From NCBI GenBank assembly GCA_035498405.1, contig DATKAE010000084.1:3539-67538 (forward strand): a stretch of DNA of 64,000 nt, written 5' to 3'. The position numbers and the translations under genes are program-made. The notes beneath the pieces are model-generated. The model searched no databases. It had not been told where the DNA came from and saw nothing but the letters and a program-made list of their open reading frames with translations. Of this stretch, positions 55,390 to 64,000 are shown piece after piece (the first letter of the stretch is position 1; every line of letters begins with the position of its first letter). The DNA is from Thermoanaerobaculia bacterium. GTDB lineage: Bacteria; Acidobacteriota; Thermoanaerobaculia; UBA5066; Gp7-AA6.

Positions 55390-55944
55390 ATGACGATGAG
55401 GTTCTGCCGCAAGCTCGCGGTTGTCCTGTTCGGGATTGGGATCCTGACTTCGTGCTCGACACTCGAGACGTCGGATGACTACGACCGCGCCATCGATTTC
55501 TCCAAGTTCAAGACCTATGCCTGGAAGGAAACCGAGCCGATTCCGAACCAGCTGCTCGCGCAGCGCCTCCAGACGGCGGTGGAGGCCACGCTCGCTTCCA
55601 AGGGCCTGCGCAAGGTACCCGAGGGCTCGAGCCCCGACCTCTGGGTCGTCCCGCACACCCGCCTGAGCAAGCAGATGCAGGTCAACACCTACAACACGGG
55701 TTGGGGATACGGATGGGGCTGGGGTTGGGGCGGGGGAATGGGAATGACGACCTCGACGGTCAGCGAGATCCCGGTCGGCACGCTGATCATCGACCTGGTC
55801 GACGCCGGCCGGAAACAGCTCGTCTGGCGCGGGACCGCCAGCAAGACGCTGGAGCCGGACGCCTCGCCGGAAAAGAAGGAGAAGAACATCACGGAAGCCG
55901 TCCAGAAGATGTTCGCGTCCTACCCGCCCGGCGCGCCGAAATAA
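55390..55944 (+). CDS. DUF4136-family lipoprotein (tandem paralogue)
   Basis: Lipobox ILTSCST, DYDRAIDFSKFKTYAW, and IIDLVDAGRKQLVWRGTA. Confidence 0.75.
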   Translation: MTMRFCRKLAVVLFGIGILTSCSTLETSDDYDRAIDFSKFKTYAWKETEPIPNQLLAQRLQTAVEATLASKGLRKVPEGSSPDLWVVPHTRLSKQMQVNTYNTGWGYGWGWGWGGGMGMTTSTVSEIPVGTLIIDLVDAGRKQLVWRGTASKTLEPDASPEKKEKNITEAVQKMFASYPPGAPK

Positions 55945-56015
55945 CCGAGTCTCGGAAAGCGGTTCGGGGCCCCGGCTGGCCGAGCGCGCGGGAGCCGCTC
56001 CCGGCGAGGGGCGCG

Positions 56016-56912
56016 TTAAGTCGTCACGTGTCGGGGCACTGTTCCCGTGAGCAAACGGAACGCGTCCAAGTACTTCTCTCGGGTGGTGCGAATGACGCCT
56101 TCCGGCAGGCGCGGCGCGGGCGGGCGCTTGTTCCAGCCGGTCGACTCGAGCCAGTCGCGCACGAATTGCTTGTCGTAGGAGGCCGGGCTGTGTCCGGCGC
56201 GGTAGAGGATCGCGTCCCAGTACCGGGACGAGTCGGGTGTGAAGGCCTCGTCGATCCAGATCAGCTTGCCGTCCAGACGGCCGAACTCGAGTTTCGTGTC
56301 GGCCAGGAGCAGGCCGCGCGATTGCGCGTAATCGCGCGCCCGGGTGTAGAGCGAGAGCGTCGTCGACCGGAGCCACTCGGCTTCCTCCGATCCGATGACA
56401 TCGACCATGTGGGCGAAGGGCACGTTCTCGTCGTGCCCCCGCTCGCTTTTCGTCGCGGGGGTGAAGATCGGCTCGGGCAGCTTCTCCGCCTCGACCAGGC
56501 CCGGCGGGAGCCGAATCCCACAGACCTCGCCCGTCTTGCGGTACTCCGCCCAGCCCGAACCGGCCAAGTAGCCGCGGGCGACGCACTCGAAGGGGACGAC
56601 CTCCATCTTTCGAACGAGAACGGACCGTCCGGCCAGCTGCTCGGTGGCGGGCCGAAGCTCCTCGGGAAACCGCTCCGCCTCCGTCTCGATCAGGTGGTTC
56701 TCGACATCGGAAAACTTCGCGAACCAGAAGTTGGACAGCTGCGTGAGGATCTTCCCCTTGTCCGGGACGCCCGGCTGGAGCACGCAATCGAAAGCCGAGA
56801 TGCGGTCGCTCGCGACCAGCAGCAGCGCGTCCCCGACGTCGTAGAGGTCTCGCACCTTTCCGCGGCGGGAGAGTCGAGCGACGGACAGGTGGGTTTCACT
56901 CACTTCCAGCAT
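56016..56912 (-). CDS. purC: Phosphoribosylaminoimidazole-succinocarboxamide synthase
   Basis: GKVRDLYDVGDALLLVASDRISAFD and LADTKLEFG motifs. Confidence 0.9.
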   Translation of the reverse strand: MLEVSETHLSVARLSRRGKVRDLYDVGDALLLVASDRISAFDCVLQPGVPDKGKILTQLSNFWFAKFSDVENHLIETEAERFPEELRPATEQLAGRSVLVRKMEVVPFECVARGYLAGSGWAEYRKTGEVCGIRLPPGLVEAEKLPEPIFTPATKSERGHDENVPFAHMVDVIGSEEAEWLRSTTLSLYTRARDYAQSRGLLLADTKLEFGRLDGKLIWIDEAFTPDSSRYWDAILYRAGHSPASYDKQFVRDWLESTGWNKRPPAPRLPEGVIRTTREKYLDAFRLLTGTVPRHVTT

Positions 56913-56973
56913 GGCGGGAATGGCTTATAGCACGACCCGCGGCCGCCCGCTCCTCTGCTAATCTTCTCCGCCC

Positions 56974-58431
56974 ATGCAGATCGACATCACGACCGCCCTT
57001 CCGCGCGGCGCATCGGTGCGCCGCGTCGCGTTTCTCCATGAGGCAGCGGACCCCGCCGCGGAGGCGCCCCGGAGGCTCCGCCCGCTCCTGTCGCGGGCCT
57101 GCCGGCTTGCGGGATTCCGCGGAAAGTCGACGGAGATCGCGACCGCCCCTCTCAAGGAGGGTGCTTGGATTCTCGTCGGACTGGGCCGGCCGCCGGCGGG
57201 GAGCGGACAGCTGCGGCGGGCGCTCCGGCGCGCGGCAAACGAAGCTCTCCGTCCGGGCGCCTCCAAGGTGGTGTTCGTCTTCGGGAACGGGGTCGGACAG
57301 GGGAAGCTTCGGTCGCTCCTGCCGCAACTTTCGGCGCTGGACTATCGGTTCGACCTATACCGATCGAGCCGGGCGGGCGGCTCGAAGAAGACCCGTGGGG
57401 CGCTCTGGGTGGATGATGCCGGCGACGCCCGGGCATTTCGGGCGGCCGCCCGCGAGGCGGCGATCGTCGCCGAGGCCGCGGCCTGGTCGAAGGACCTCGG
57501 GAACACCCCGGCCAACGACCTCGGACCGGTCGAGTTCGCCGCGCGGACCGAGGCGATGGCGGATCGCCATGGCCTCCGGCTTCAGGTCTTCGACAAGAAG
57601 CGGATCGAGAAGGAACGCTTGGCGGGACTGCTCGCCGTCAACTCGGGGAGCGTTCGTCCCCCCCGTTTCCTGGTGGGAGAGCACCGGCCGTCGAGCGCGA
57701 AGGCGACCGCGGTGCTGGTCGGCAAGGGGATCACCTTCGACTCGGGGGGAATCTCCATCAAGCCGTCGGCCGCGATGGGCGAGATGAAGTACGACATGAT
57801 GGGCGCCGCCACCGTTTTCGCGGTGCTCCAGGCGGCGAGCCGGCTGGAGCTCCCCGTCCGGGTCGTCGCGCTCGCTCCGGTGACGGAGAACCTTCCGTCC
57901 GGCTCGGCGTGTCGGCCGGGAGACATCCTGCGAATGCGAAATGGCAAAACGGTCGAGGTGGACAATACGGACGCCGAAGGACGACTGGTTCTCGCTGACG
58001 TTCTTTCCTACGCGGAACAGTTTCAGCCCGACGTCCTCCTGGACTTCGCAACGCTGACGGGCGCGGTTCTGGTGGCCCTCGGCGTCGAGTGCGCGGGGCT
58101 GATGACGCCCGACGACGACTTGAGCCGCGATCTCGTGGCCGCGGGAGAAGCCGTCGGGGAGCGAGTCTGGCGCCTGCCGGTCTGGGACGAGTACCTGGAA
58201 AACCTCAAGTCCGAATGGGCCGACATTCGCAACACGGGCGGCCGAAGCGCGGGCTCCATCAACGGCGGGATCTTTCTGAAACAGTTCGTGCCGAAGGGAG
58301 TGCCCTGGGCGCACATCGACTTTGCGGGGGTCGCGCACATGGAGAAGGAGCAGGCGGGCTGGCCCGCCGGCGCGACGGGGTTCGGTGTGGCGCTGACCGT
58401 GGAATTCCTGAAACGCCGGTTCGGCCTCTGA
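56974..58431 (+). CDS. pepA: Leucyl aminopeptidase (M17)
   Basis: VGKGITFDSGG, MKYDMMGAA and NTDAEGRLVLAD motifs. Confidence 0.9.
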   Translation: MQIDITTALPRGASVRRVAFLHEAADPAAEAPRRLRPLLSRACRLAGFRGKSTEIATAPLKEGAWILVGLGRPPAGSGQLRRALRRAANEALRPGASKVVFVFGNGVGQGKLRSLLPQLSALDYRFDLYRSSRAGGSKKTRGALWVDDAGDARAFRAAAREAAIVAEAAAWSKDLGNTPANDLGPVEFAARTEAMADRHGLRLQVFDKKRIEKERLAGLLAVNSGSVRPPRFLVGEHRPSSAKATAVLVGKGITFDSGGISIKPSAAMGEMKYDMMGAATVFAVLQAASRLELPVRVVALAPVTENLPSGSACRPGDILRMRNGKTVEVDNTDAEGRLVLADVLSYAEQFQPDVLLDFATLTGAVLVALGVECAGLMTPDDDLSRDLVAAGEAVGERVWRLPVWDEYLENLKSEWADIRNTGGRSAGSINGGIFLKQFVPKGVPWAHIDFAGVAHMEKEQAGWPAGATGFGVALTVEFLKRRFGL

Positions 58432-58480
58432 CGAAGGAGACCCCTCGAGCGACCGCCCGCGCGGCCTTTTGGGGGCCGAC

Positions 58481-59839
58481 TCAGGCCTTGGGAGGAGGAG
58501 GCTTCAGCGCCGCCGCGACCGGAATCGAGCGGGCGCCGTTCTTTCCGACCGAGCGGACTCCGAAGAAATGATTGTCGGTCGAGACCCCCTTGAGGACCGT
58601 CTCACCGGTCTGTGACACGAAGTCGTAGACGGACCACCTCGGGTCGGTTGTCTCTCGCCAGAGAATCTCGAAGCCCGCGCGCTGCTCGTCCGCGGGCGCC
58701 GACCATGCGAGGCGAGCGTCCGGCGCGACGCCGCCGGAGATAGTCACCGCCGTCGGCGCGGCCGGCGCCTGGGACAACTGCGCAAGCACCTCGGCGTTGG
58801 TGTGCGCGACATTTCCGAGAAACGTGAAGTTCATGAACTTCGGCCAATCGCCGTACTCGCGTCCTTCCTCGACACGGGGCGTCTGGTGCTCGTGGTCGTA
58901 GTTCTCGAGCGGCTCGGTGAAGCGAACCGCCGGCAGCCCCTCCTCGACGAAGGGGCGGTGGTCGCCGCCGCGCCCGAGCCGGTCGAGTCGGAAGACGAGG
59001 CGCACGGCGTCCCTTCCGGCGATCTCTTCGACGGCGCGCGCCAGGTCTCGCGAGGGAGAGTCGATGCCGTCGGGGCCCCCTCCGGAGAAGACCCGGACGC
59101 GGTGGGTCGCGCCAGGGGCGAAATCGGCTCCGACGATGTCGTTGTCGAGGAATCCGCCGACCGTGTAACCCTTCTGCTTCAGATACTCGAGGAGCCGCTT
59201 TCCCCCGAGCAGCCCCTGCTCCTCGCCGGAGACCGCGGCGAAGAGCAGGCTCGCGCGGTACACGCCCTTGCCCAGCAGCCGGGCGCTCTCGATCGAGACC
59301 GCCACACCGGAGGCGTCGTCGTCGGCTCCCGGGGCGTCGGTGTCGGGATCCAGGGCGGAGGACGGCATCGAATCGAAGTGGCCCGAGACGAGAAAAACCG
59401 TCCGGGCGAGCGCCGGATCGCTCCCCGGGAGCAACGCCAGGACGTTTTCCAGGCGCGCGGGCCGGTCGTGGGTCCGCGGGGAAGTCGCCTCGAAACGGTC
59501 CACGGACACTTGGAGGCGGCCGCCCGACTCCTTCGAGATCGCCTCGAAGCGGGCCAAGATCCGGTCCCGTCCGCAGCCCACGCCGCGCTTCCCGTCGTCC
59601 CAGGAAGATAGGGAGTGTCGCGTGCCGCACTCGACGAGCTCTCCGACGGTCGCGCGTAACGCCTTCTCGTCCACGGCGTCTCGCGAGAGCGACCCCGAGA
59701 GTCGCGGCATGATGCTCGGTTGCGGCTTGCCGCTCGGCGGCTCGGCCGGATCTTGCGCCGCGGCGAACGCGGCGGCGAGCAGGGCCAGGAGGGAGAGTTT
59801 GACTGCGCCGGGGCGCTTTGTTAGCGTGCGCGTTTTCAT
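58481..59839 (-). CDS. Exported M28-family metallopeptidase with C-terminal FN3-like domain
   Basis: Trimmed to ATG 59839. Signal peptide. SGHFDS...GADDDASG...SGEEQGLLG zinc-ligand pattern. Confidence 0.75.
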   Translation of the reverse strand: MKTRTLTKRPGAVKLSLLALLAAAFAAAQDPAEPPSGKPQPSIMPRLSGSLSRDAVDEKALRATVGELVECGTRHSLSSWDDGKRGVGCGRDRILARFEAISKESGGRLQVSVDRFEATSPRTHDRPARLENVLALLPGSDPALARTVFLVSGHFDSMPSSALDPDTDAPGADDDASGVAVSIESARLLGKGVYRASLLFAAVSGEEQGLLGGKRLLEYLKQKGYTVGGFLDNDIVGADFAPGATHRVRVFSGGGPDGIDSPSRDLARAVEEIAGRDAVRLVFRLDRLGRGGDHRPFVEEGLPAVRFTEPLENYDHEHQTPRVEEGREYGDWPKFMNFTFLGNVAHTNAEVLAQLSQAPAAPTAVTISGGVAPDARLAWSAPADEQRAGFEILWRETTDPRWSVYDFVSQTGETVLKGVSTDNHFFGVRSVGKNGARSIPVAAALKPPPPKA

Positions 59840-60622
59840 ATGCCGCTGCGTGAATTCCCGGTTGGGCCGGTCGGTGAGGAAGTCTATCCTCGATTCGTCG
59901 CAGAGCTCGCCGAACGGTTCGACGACCCGAAGCTCGATCGGAATGTCGTGGCGCGCGAGGCGCTTGCGACACTCTACCTGGGGCAGGTTCCGGACTTCGA
60001 CCGGGAGCTCTCCGATTCGCGCGTCTCTCTCGCCCGCAAGGCGTTGCTTGCCTCCTTCGACCCGCGCAACGGGACGCTCGAAGCCGAGTATTACCGCGAG
60101 ATCGATCTGGAGAAGTGGGCCAGAGTCAAGCCGCTGCTCTGGTTCTGGCAGATGTTCGACCACTCGCCCGTCGGTCGGAACGTCCGGCTGGGAACTCAAG
60201 TGCGATACATGCTCGCCCAGCGCGTCTTCCGACGCTGCGGCAAGGGCGTGCGCATCTTCCACGAAGTCGAGCTCTCCTTCGGCTACAACCTGTCGGTCGG
60301 CGACGGCGTCACGATTCACCGCAACGTTCTCATCGACGACCGCGGCGAGGTCGTGATCGGAAACGACGCCTCGATCTCCGACTACGCCAACATCTATTCG
60401 CACTCTCATGCGGTCGAGGACATCCACGAGGTGACCCTCCATAAGACCGTCATCGGCGATCGCGTTCGCGTCACTTACCACGCCGTCGTTCTCTCGGGCG
60501 CCGTGATCGAGGCCGACGCGCTGGTGGGCTCGATGGGCGTCGTTTCCAAGGATGTCGGCCCGGGAGTCATCGTCGCCGGGATCCCGGCCAAGCCGATCGG
60601 CCAGAAGAAGGTCCGAACGTAG
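59840..60622 (+). CDS. Hexapeptide-repeat (LbH) acyltransferase with helical N-terminal domain
   Basis: C-terminal [LIV]G..xx[IV] hexapeptide turns (VGDGVTIHRNVLIDDRGEVVIGNDASISDYANIYSHSH...IGDRVRV). The start abuts the divergent M28 start. Confidence 0.7.
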   Translation: MPLREFPVGPVGEEVYPRFVAELAERFDDPKLDRNVVAREALATLYLGQVPDFDRELSDSRVSLARKALLASFDPRNGTLEAEYYREIDLEKWARVKPLLWFWQMFDHSPVGRNVRLGTQVRYMLAQRVFRRCGKGVRIFHEVELSFGYNLSVGDGVTIHRNVLIDDRGEVVIGNDASISDYANIYSHSHAVEDIHEVTLHKTVIGDRVRVTYHAVVLSGAVIEADALVGSMGVVSKDVGPGVIVAGIPAKPIGQKKVRT

Positions 60623-60674
60623 GCATCGCCGCGCCGCCAGAGGAATCCCCGGCGTTGGCGGCTACACTACCGGC

Positions 60675-62342
60675 ATGCTGCGCCGGCTCCTCGTCAAGAA
60701 CCTCGCGATTGTCGAGGATCTGGAGATGGAGCTCGGAGGTGGTTTGACGGTCGTCACGGGAGAAACGGGAGCGGGCAAGTCCATCCTCGTCGACGCGTTG
60801 GCTCTCCTGGCCGGCGCGAGAGGATCATCCGACCTGGTCCGGGAAGGAGCCGCCAAGCTCGTCGTGGCGGGGGAGTTTGACGGCGGTCCGGGCGTGGGCT
60901 CGATCCTCGCCGAGGCGGGACTTCCCGTCTCGGAGACGTTGCTCTTGCGGCGCGAGGTTTCGGCCGACGGGCGGGGCCGGGCGTTCGTGGAAGACGAGCC
61001 GGCTGCTCTTCGCACGCTCACGCGCTTGGCAGAGCGCCTGGTCCGCATCTACGGCCAGAACTCCGAGCTCGAACTGACGGAGCCGGAAGCTGCCCTCGAG
61101 CTGCTCGACGCCTTCGCCCGCTCGGGCGCGGAGCGGGAAGCCGTGGCGGCCGCGGCGGCGGCGTGGAGGACGGCGGGGGAGGATCTGAAGACTCTCGAAG
61201 CCGCCCGAAGCGATCGGGCAGGGCGCTTGGAGCACCTGGACTATCAGATTCATGAGATCGAAGCCGTCTCCCCCGGCGAGCAGGAGGAGGAGGAGCTCAT
61301 GACCGATCGGCAGCGGCTCCTGCACGCCGACCGGATTCGCCTGGCGGGGGAGGCCGCTCTGGTCGCGCTATCCGAAGGAGAAGGGTCTGCGGCGGATCGG
61401 TTGGGCGCCGTCGTCCGTGCCTTTGCCGACCTTGCGGAGATCGACCCGCGGGAGACCGGGCATCGACAAGAGGCGGAAGACTTGAAGCGGCGCATCGCGG
61501 ACCTCGCGGCGGCGGCCCGCGACGCCGCGGCGAGCATCGAGGCCGACCCCGACCGTCTGACGGCGGTCGAAACGCGCCTGGAGAAGATCTCGCGGCTGAA
61601 GCGGCGCCACGGCGTGCCGGCGGACGAGCTGCCCGCGCTGCTCGCGAGACTGAAGACCGAGCGTCTGGAGCTCTCCCACATCGAGGATGCTCTGGATCGT
61701 CGCCAGCAGGAAGTCGAGAAGGCCCGAGCGGCTTACGTCCAAGCCGCGGCGCGCCTTTCGGCCAAGCGCCGGGCCGCGAGCGGCCGGCTTTCCTCGGCGG
61801 TGGAGAGGGAATTGCGGGCGCTCGCCATGGAGAAGGCCCGTTTTCGGGTGGCGCTGACCGAGACTCCGGCCGAAGTACCCCGCGCCTCCGGCGTCGAGGC
61901 GGCGTCGCTCATGGTCGCTCCGAACCCGGGCGAGCCGGAGAAGCCCGTGGAACGCATCGCTTCGGGAGGCGAGCTTTCCCGGCTGCAGCTTGCGATTCGG
62001 TCGGTGGCCGCCGGTCCGGAGTCGAGGGCCCGTACGTTGGTCTTCGACGAAGTGGACGCCGGCATCGGAGGGCGGACCGCGGAGGTCGTGGGGAAAAAGC
62101 TACGCGAGCTCGCCCGAGAGGACCAGGTTCTCTGCGTCACCCACGTTCCGCAAATCGCCGCGCTCGCCGATCGCCACTTTCTGGCGGAAAAGTCGGAGCA
62201 GAAGGGGCGCACGGTTGCCCGCGTGCGTCTCCTCGCGGAGCGCGAGCGTGTCGTCGAGGTCGCCCGAATGCTGGCGGGTGAAACCGTTCCGGACACGGCT
62301 CTCAAGCATGCGCGGGCGCTGCTGCAGGCGGCTCGCACATGA
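60675..62342 (+). CDS. recN: DNA repair protein RecN
   Basis: MLRRLLVKNLAIVEDLEMELGGGLTVVTGETGAGKSI N-terminus, long coiled coil, C-terminal ASGGELSRLQLA...LVFDEVDAGIGG. Confidence 0.95.
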   Translation: MLRRLLVKNLAIVEDLEMELGGGLTVVTGETGAGKSILVDALALLAGARGSSDLVREGAAKLVVAGEFDGGPGVGSILAEAGLPVSETLLLRREVSADGRGRAFVEDEPAALRTLTRLAERLVRIYGQNSELELTEPEAALELLDAFARSGAEREAVAAAAAAWRTAGEDLKTLEAARSDRAGRLEHLDYQIHEIEAVSPGEQEEEELMTDRQRLLHADRIRLAGEAALVALSEGEGSAADRLGAVVRAFADLAEIDPRETGHRQEAEDLKRRIADLAAAARDAAASIEADPDRLTAVETRLEKISRLKRRHGVPADELPALLARLKTERLELSHIEDALDRRQQEVEKARAAYVQAAARLSAKRRAASGRLSSAVERELRALAMEKARFRVALTETPAEVPRASGVEAASLMVAPNPGEPEKPVERIASGGELSRLQLAIRSVAAGPESRARTLVFDEVDAGIGGRTAEVVGKKLRELAREDQVLCVTHVPQIAALADRHFLAEKSEQKGRTVARVRLLAERERVVEVARMLAGETVPDTALKHARALLQAART

Positions 62343-63370
62343 GCGACTCGTCCGACCGTTACGCGCGCTCGATTCTGTTTCCGGGGATTGGGGAAGAGGG
62401 CCAGCGACGCCTCAGGAGCTCGGCGATGGCCATCGTGGGTGTGGGGGCGGTGGGGGCCGTGGCCGCGGAGTCGGCCGCGCGCGCGGGCTTCGGTCGGCTG
62501 ACCCTCATCGATCGCGACGTCGTCGAGGAGTCGAACCTCTCGCGTCAGTTCCTGTTCGACGCCGCCGATGCCGCGGCGGTCGCGCCCAAGGCGGATGCGG
62601 CGGCGCGGCGCCTGCGTGAGATCGCACCGGACCTGCGTGTCGAGGGTGTCGTGGCCGATCTCGATCACCGCAATGCCCGTTCCCTCCTCTCGGGGCACGA
62701 TCTGGTGCTGGACGCCACGGACAACTTCGAAACGCGCCTGCTCGTCTCCGACGCCGCGCGCTCTCTGGCGTCGGTATCGATCTACGCGGCTTGCGTGGGA
62801 TCGGAGGGCTTGGTGGCGGTCTCCATCCCCGGGCGGACTCCCTGCCTGCGTTGCTACCTGGAGGCCATCCCCCCGGTGGGGGAGGGGCCGACCTGCGATA
62901 CCGTCGGTGTCGTGCCCACCTTGCCCGTGCTCGTGGCGGCGGCTGCGGTGACCGAGGCGCTCCGATTTGCGGTGGGAGAACCGCTACGCGCTGGCCTCTG
63001 GCGGATCGACGTTTGGAAGAACGAGCTCTCCAGCCAATGGCTCCTCGCGGGCGCTCGACCCTCCTCCGCCTGCCCGGTATGCGCGGGCACGCGGTTTCCG
63101 GCGCTCGAGGGAGAGGGCTCCTCCGAAGTCGTCAAGCTCTGCGGTCGGCGGTCGGTGCAGGTGGCTCCTGGAGGACGGGAGCGTCCGAACTTCGACGCGC
63201 TGGAGCAGCGACTGGCCCGCCTGGGGCCGGTCCGGCGCTCGCCGCAGCTGCTCTCGGCCGAGGTCGAGGGTGTTCATCTGACGCTGTTCTCCGACGGTCG
63301 GTGTGTCGTCCGCGGGACGGATGATCCGGTGAGAGCAAAAGGCCTGTACACGAAGTACGTTGGGAGGTAG
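62339..63370 (+). CDS. thiF: ThiF/MoeB-family E1-like adenylyltransferase with ThiF-type C-terminal domain
   Basis: RYARSILFPGIGEEGQ, GVGAVG nucleotide loop, NLSRQ, CLRC...CPVC zinc site. The tail (KLCGRRSVQV...FSDGRCVVRGTDDPVRAKGLYTKYVG) resembles Bacillus-type ThiF from memory. Confidence 0.7.
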   Translation: MSDSSDRYARSILFPGIGEEGQRRLRSSAMAIVGVGAVGAVAAESAARAGFGRLTLIDRDVVEESNLSRQFLFDAADAAAVAPKADAAARRLREIAPDLRVEGVVADLDHRNARSLLSGHDLVLDATDNFETRLLVSDAARSLASVSIYAACVGSEGLVAVSIPGRTPCLRCYLEAIPPVGEGPTCDTVGVVPTLPVLVAAAAVTEALRFAVGEPLRAGLWRIDVWKNELSSQWLLAGARPSSACPVCAGTRFPALEGEGSSEVVKLCGRRSVQVAPGGRERPNFDALEQRLARLGPVRRSPQLLSAEVEGVHLTLFSDGRCVVRGTDDPVRAKGLYTKYVGR

Positions 63371-63380
63371 GTTCTTCACG

Positions 63381-63998
63381 ATGCAACGCGTGCGGATCGA
63401 GGACCTCGCGGCCTCGCGCGAGCAGACTTTCCGCCTCCGGGAGCTGCTCAGCAAGGGGGGGGTGGCGGCCTTGCCGACCGAGACCTTCTACGCCCTGGCG
63501 ACGGATCCCTTAAGCGAGACGGGTGTCCGCCGCATTTGCGAGATGAAGGGACGCGACGACGTGAAGGCGCTGCCCGTGCTGTTTGCGACGCGAGAGCACT
63601 TGAACTGGCTGGGCGTGGACGCGCCGCCGGGAATCCTGGAGCCCTACTTTCAGATCTGGCCGGCGCCGCTCACGGTCGTCTTCTCGATCCGCCAGCCGAT
63701 TGCCGCCTCGCGAGGGATCAAGAAACTCGGGGTCCGGATGCCGGCGGACCGGATGCTTCGCACCCTGCTGCAGAGCCTGGGCCCCGTGACGGGCACCAGC
63801 GTGAACCGCTCGGGCAGTCCTCCTCTGGACGACCCCGACGCGGTCGAGGCGCTGTTTCGCCGAAACATCGACTGGCTCGTCGATGGCGGACGGACTCCGG
63901 GCGGGAAGGCCTCGACCGTCGTCGACGCCACCACCGCCCCGCCGGCGGTGCTTCGGCCGGGCGCCTATGAGTGGCCGCGGATGGCCGCGAGGCTCTGA
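63381..63998 (+). CDS. tsaC: L-threonylcarbamoyladenylate synthase (TsaC/YrdC/Sua5 family)
   Basis: ALPTETFYALATDP, GRDDVKALPVL, TSVNRSG and STVVD motifs. ATG 63381 follows GGGAGG. Confidence 0.8.
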   Translation: MQRVRIEDLAASREQTFRLRELLSKGGVAALPTETFYALATDPLSETGVRRICEMKGRDDVKALPVLFATREHLNWLGVDAPPGILEPYFQIWPAPLTVVFSIRQPIAASRGIKKLGVRMPADRMLRTLLQSLGPVTGTSVNRSGSPPLDDPDAVEALFRRNIDWLVDGGRTPGGKASTVVDATTAPPAVLRPGAYEWPRMAARL

Positions 63999-64000
63999 AT

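Overview
Very GC-rich bacterial chromosomal window. The gene content (GloVer repeats, DUF4136 lipoproteins, KorAB, exosortase) suggests Acidobacteriota or a similar lineage, but I cannot verify this without a database. About 46 kb (18.1-64 kb) is ordinary housekeeping DNA: lexA, rnc, dsbD-like, def, nuoB-CD-I, a YdeP-like molybdoenzyme, korAB, folE, a TetR/HlyD/ABC-2 efflux operon, dnaB, alr, mlaEFD, radA, purC, pepA, recN, thiF-like, tsaC and four tRNAs. The accessory part is 1.5-18.1 kb. A complete tRNA-Pro(CGG) is followed by two further direct copies of its 3' half (48, 48 and 47 bp). These bound two tandem integrated elements of about 13.9 kb and 2.5 kb, and a decayed tyrosine-integrase C-terminus sits next to the tRNA. 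Element 1 is one co-directional minus-strand cluster. It encodes an exported TPR-CHAT protease, an ECF sigma factor and a zf-HC2 anti-sigma factor (start/stop overlaps), then a Vgb-like beta-propeller with an IPTL-CTERM sorting signal, a 1717-aa beta-helix/metzincin/Ig/DUF11 protein, a GloVer-repeat protein, a small exosortase (XrtH-like) and its partner membrane protein. A 122-aa Cys-containing module (TPCR[IV]LDTR ... D[VA]NGY[FY]) that I cannot assign to a named family is shared by three otherwise unrelated secreted proteins across both elements. Two copies contain a near-identical 144-nt patch. The most interesting hypothesis is a CHAT-protease-gated ECF sigma/anti-sigma switch that controls a mobile exosortase-sorted surface-protein set. 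All calls come from reading the ORF translations and the DNA by eye. No searches were run.
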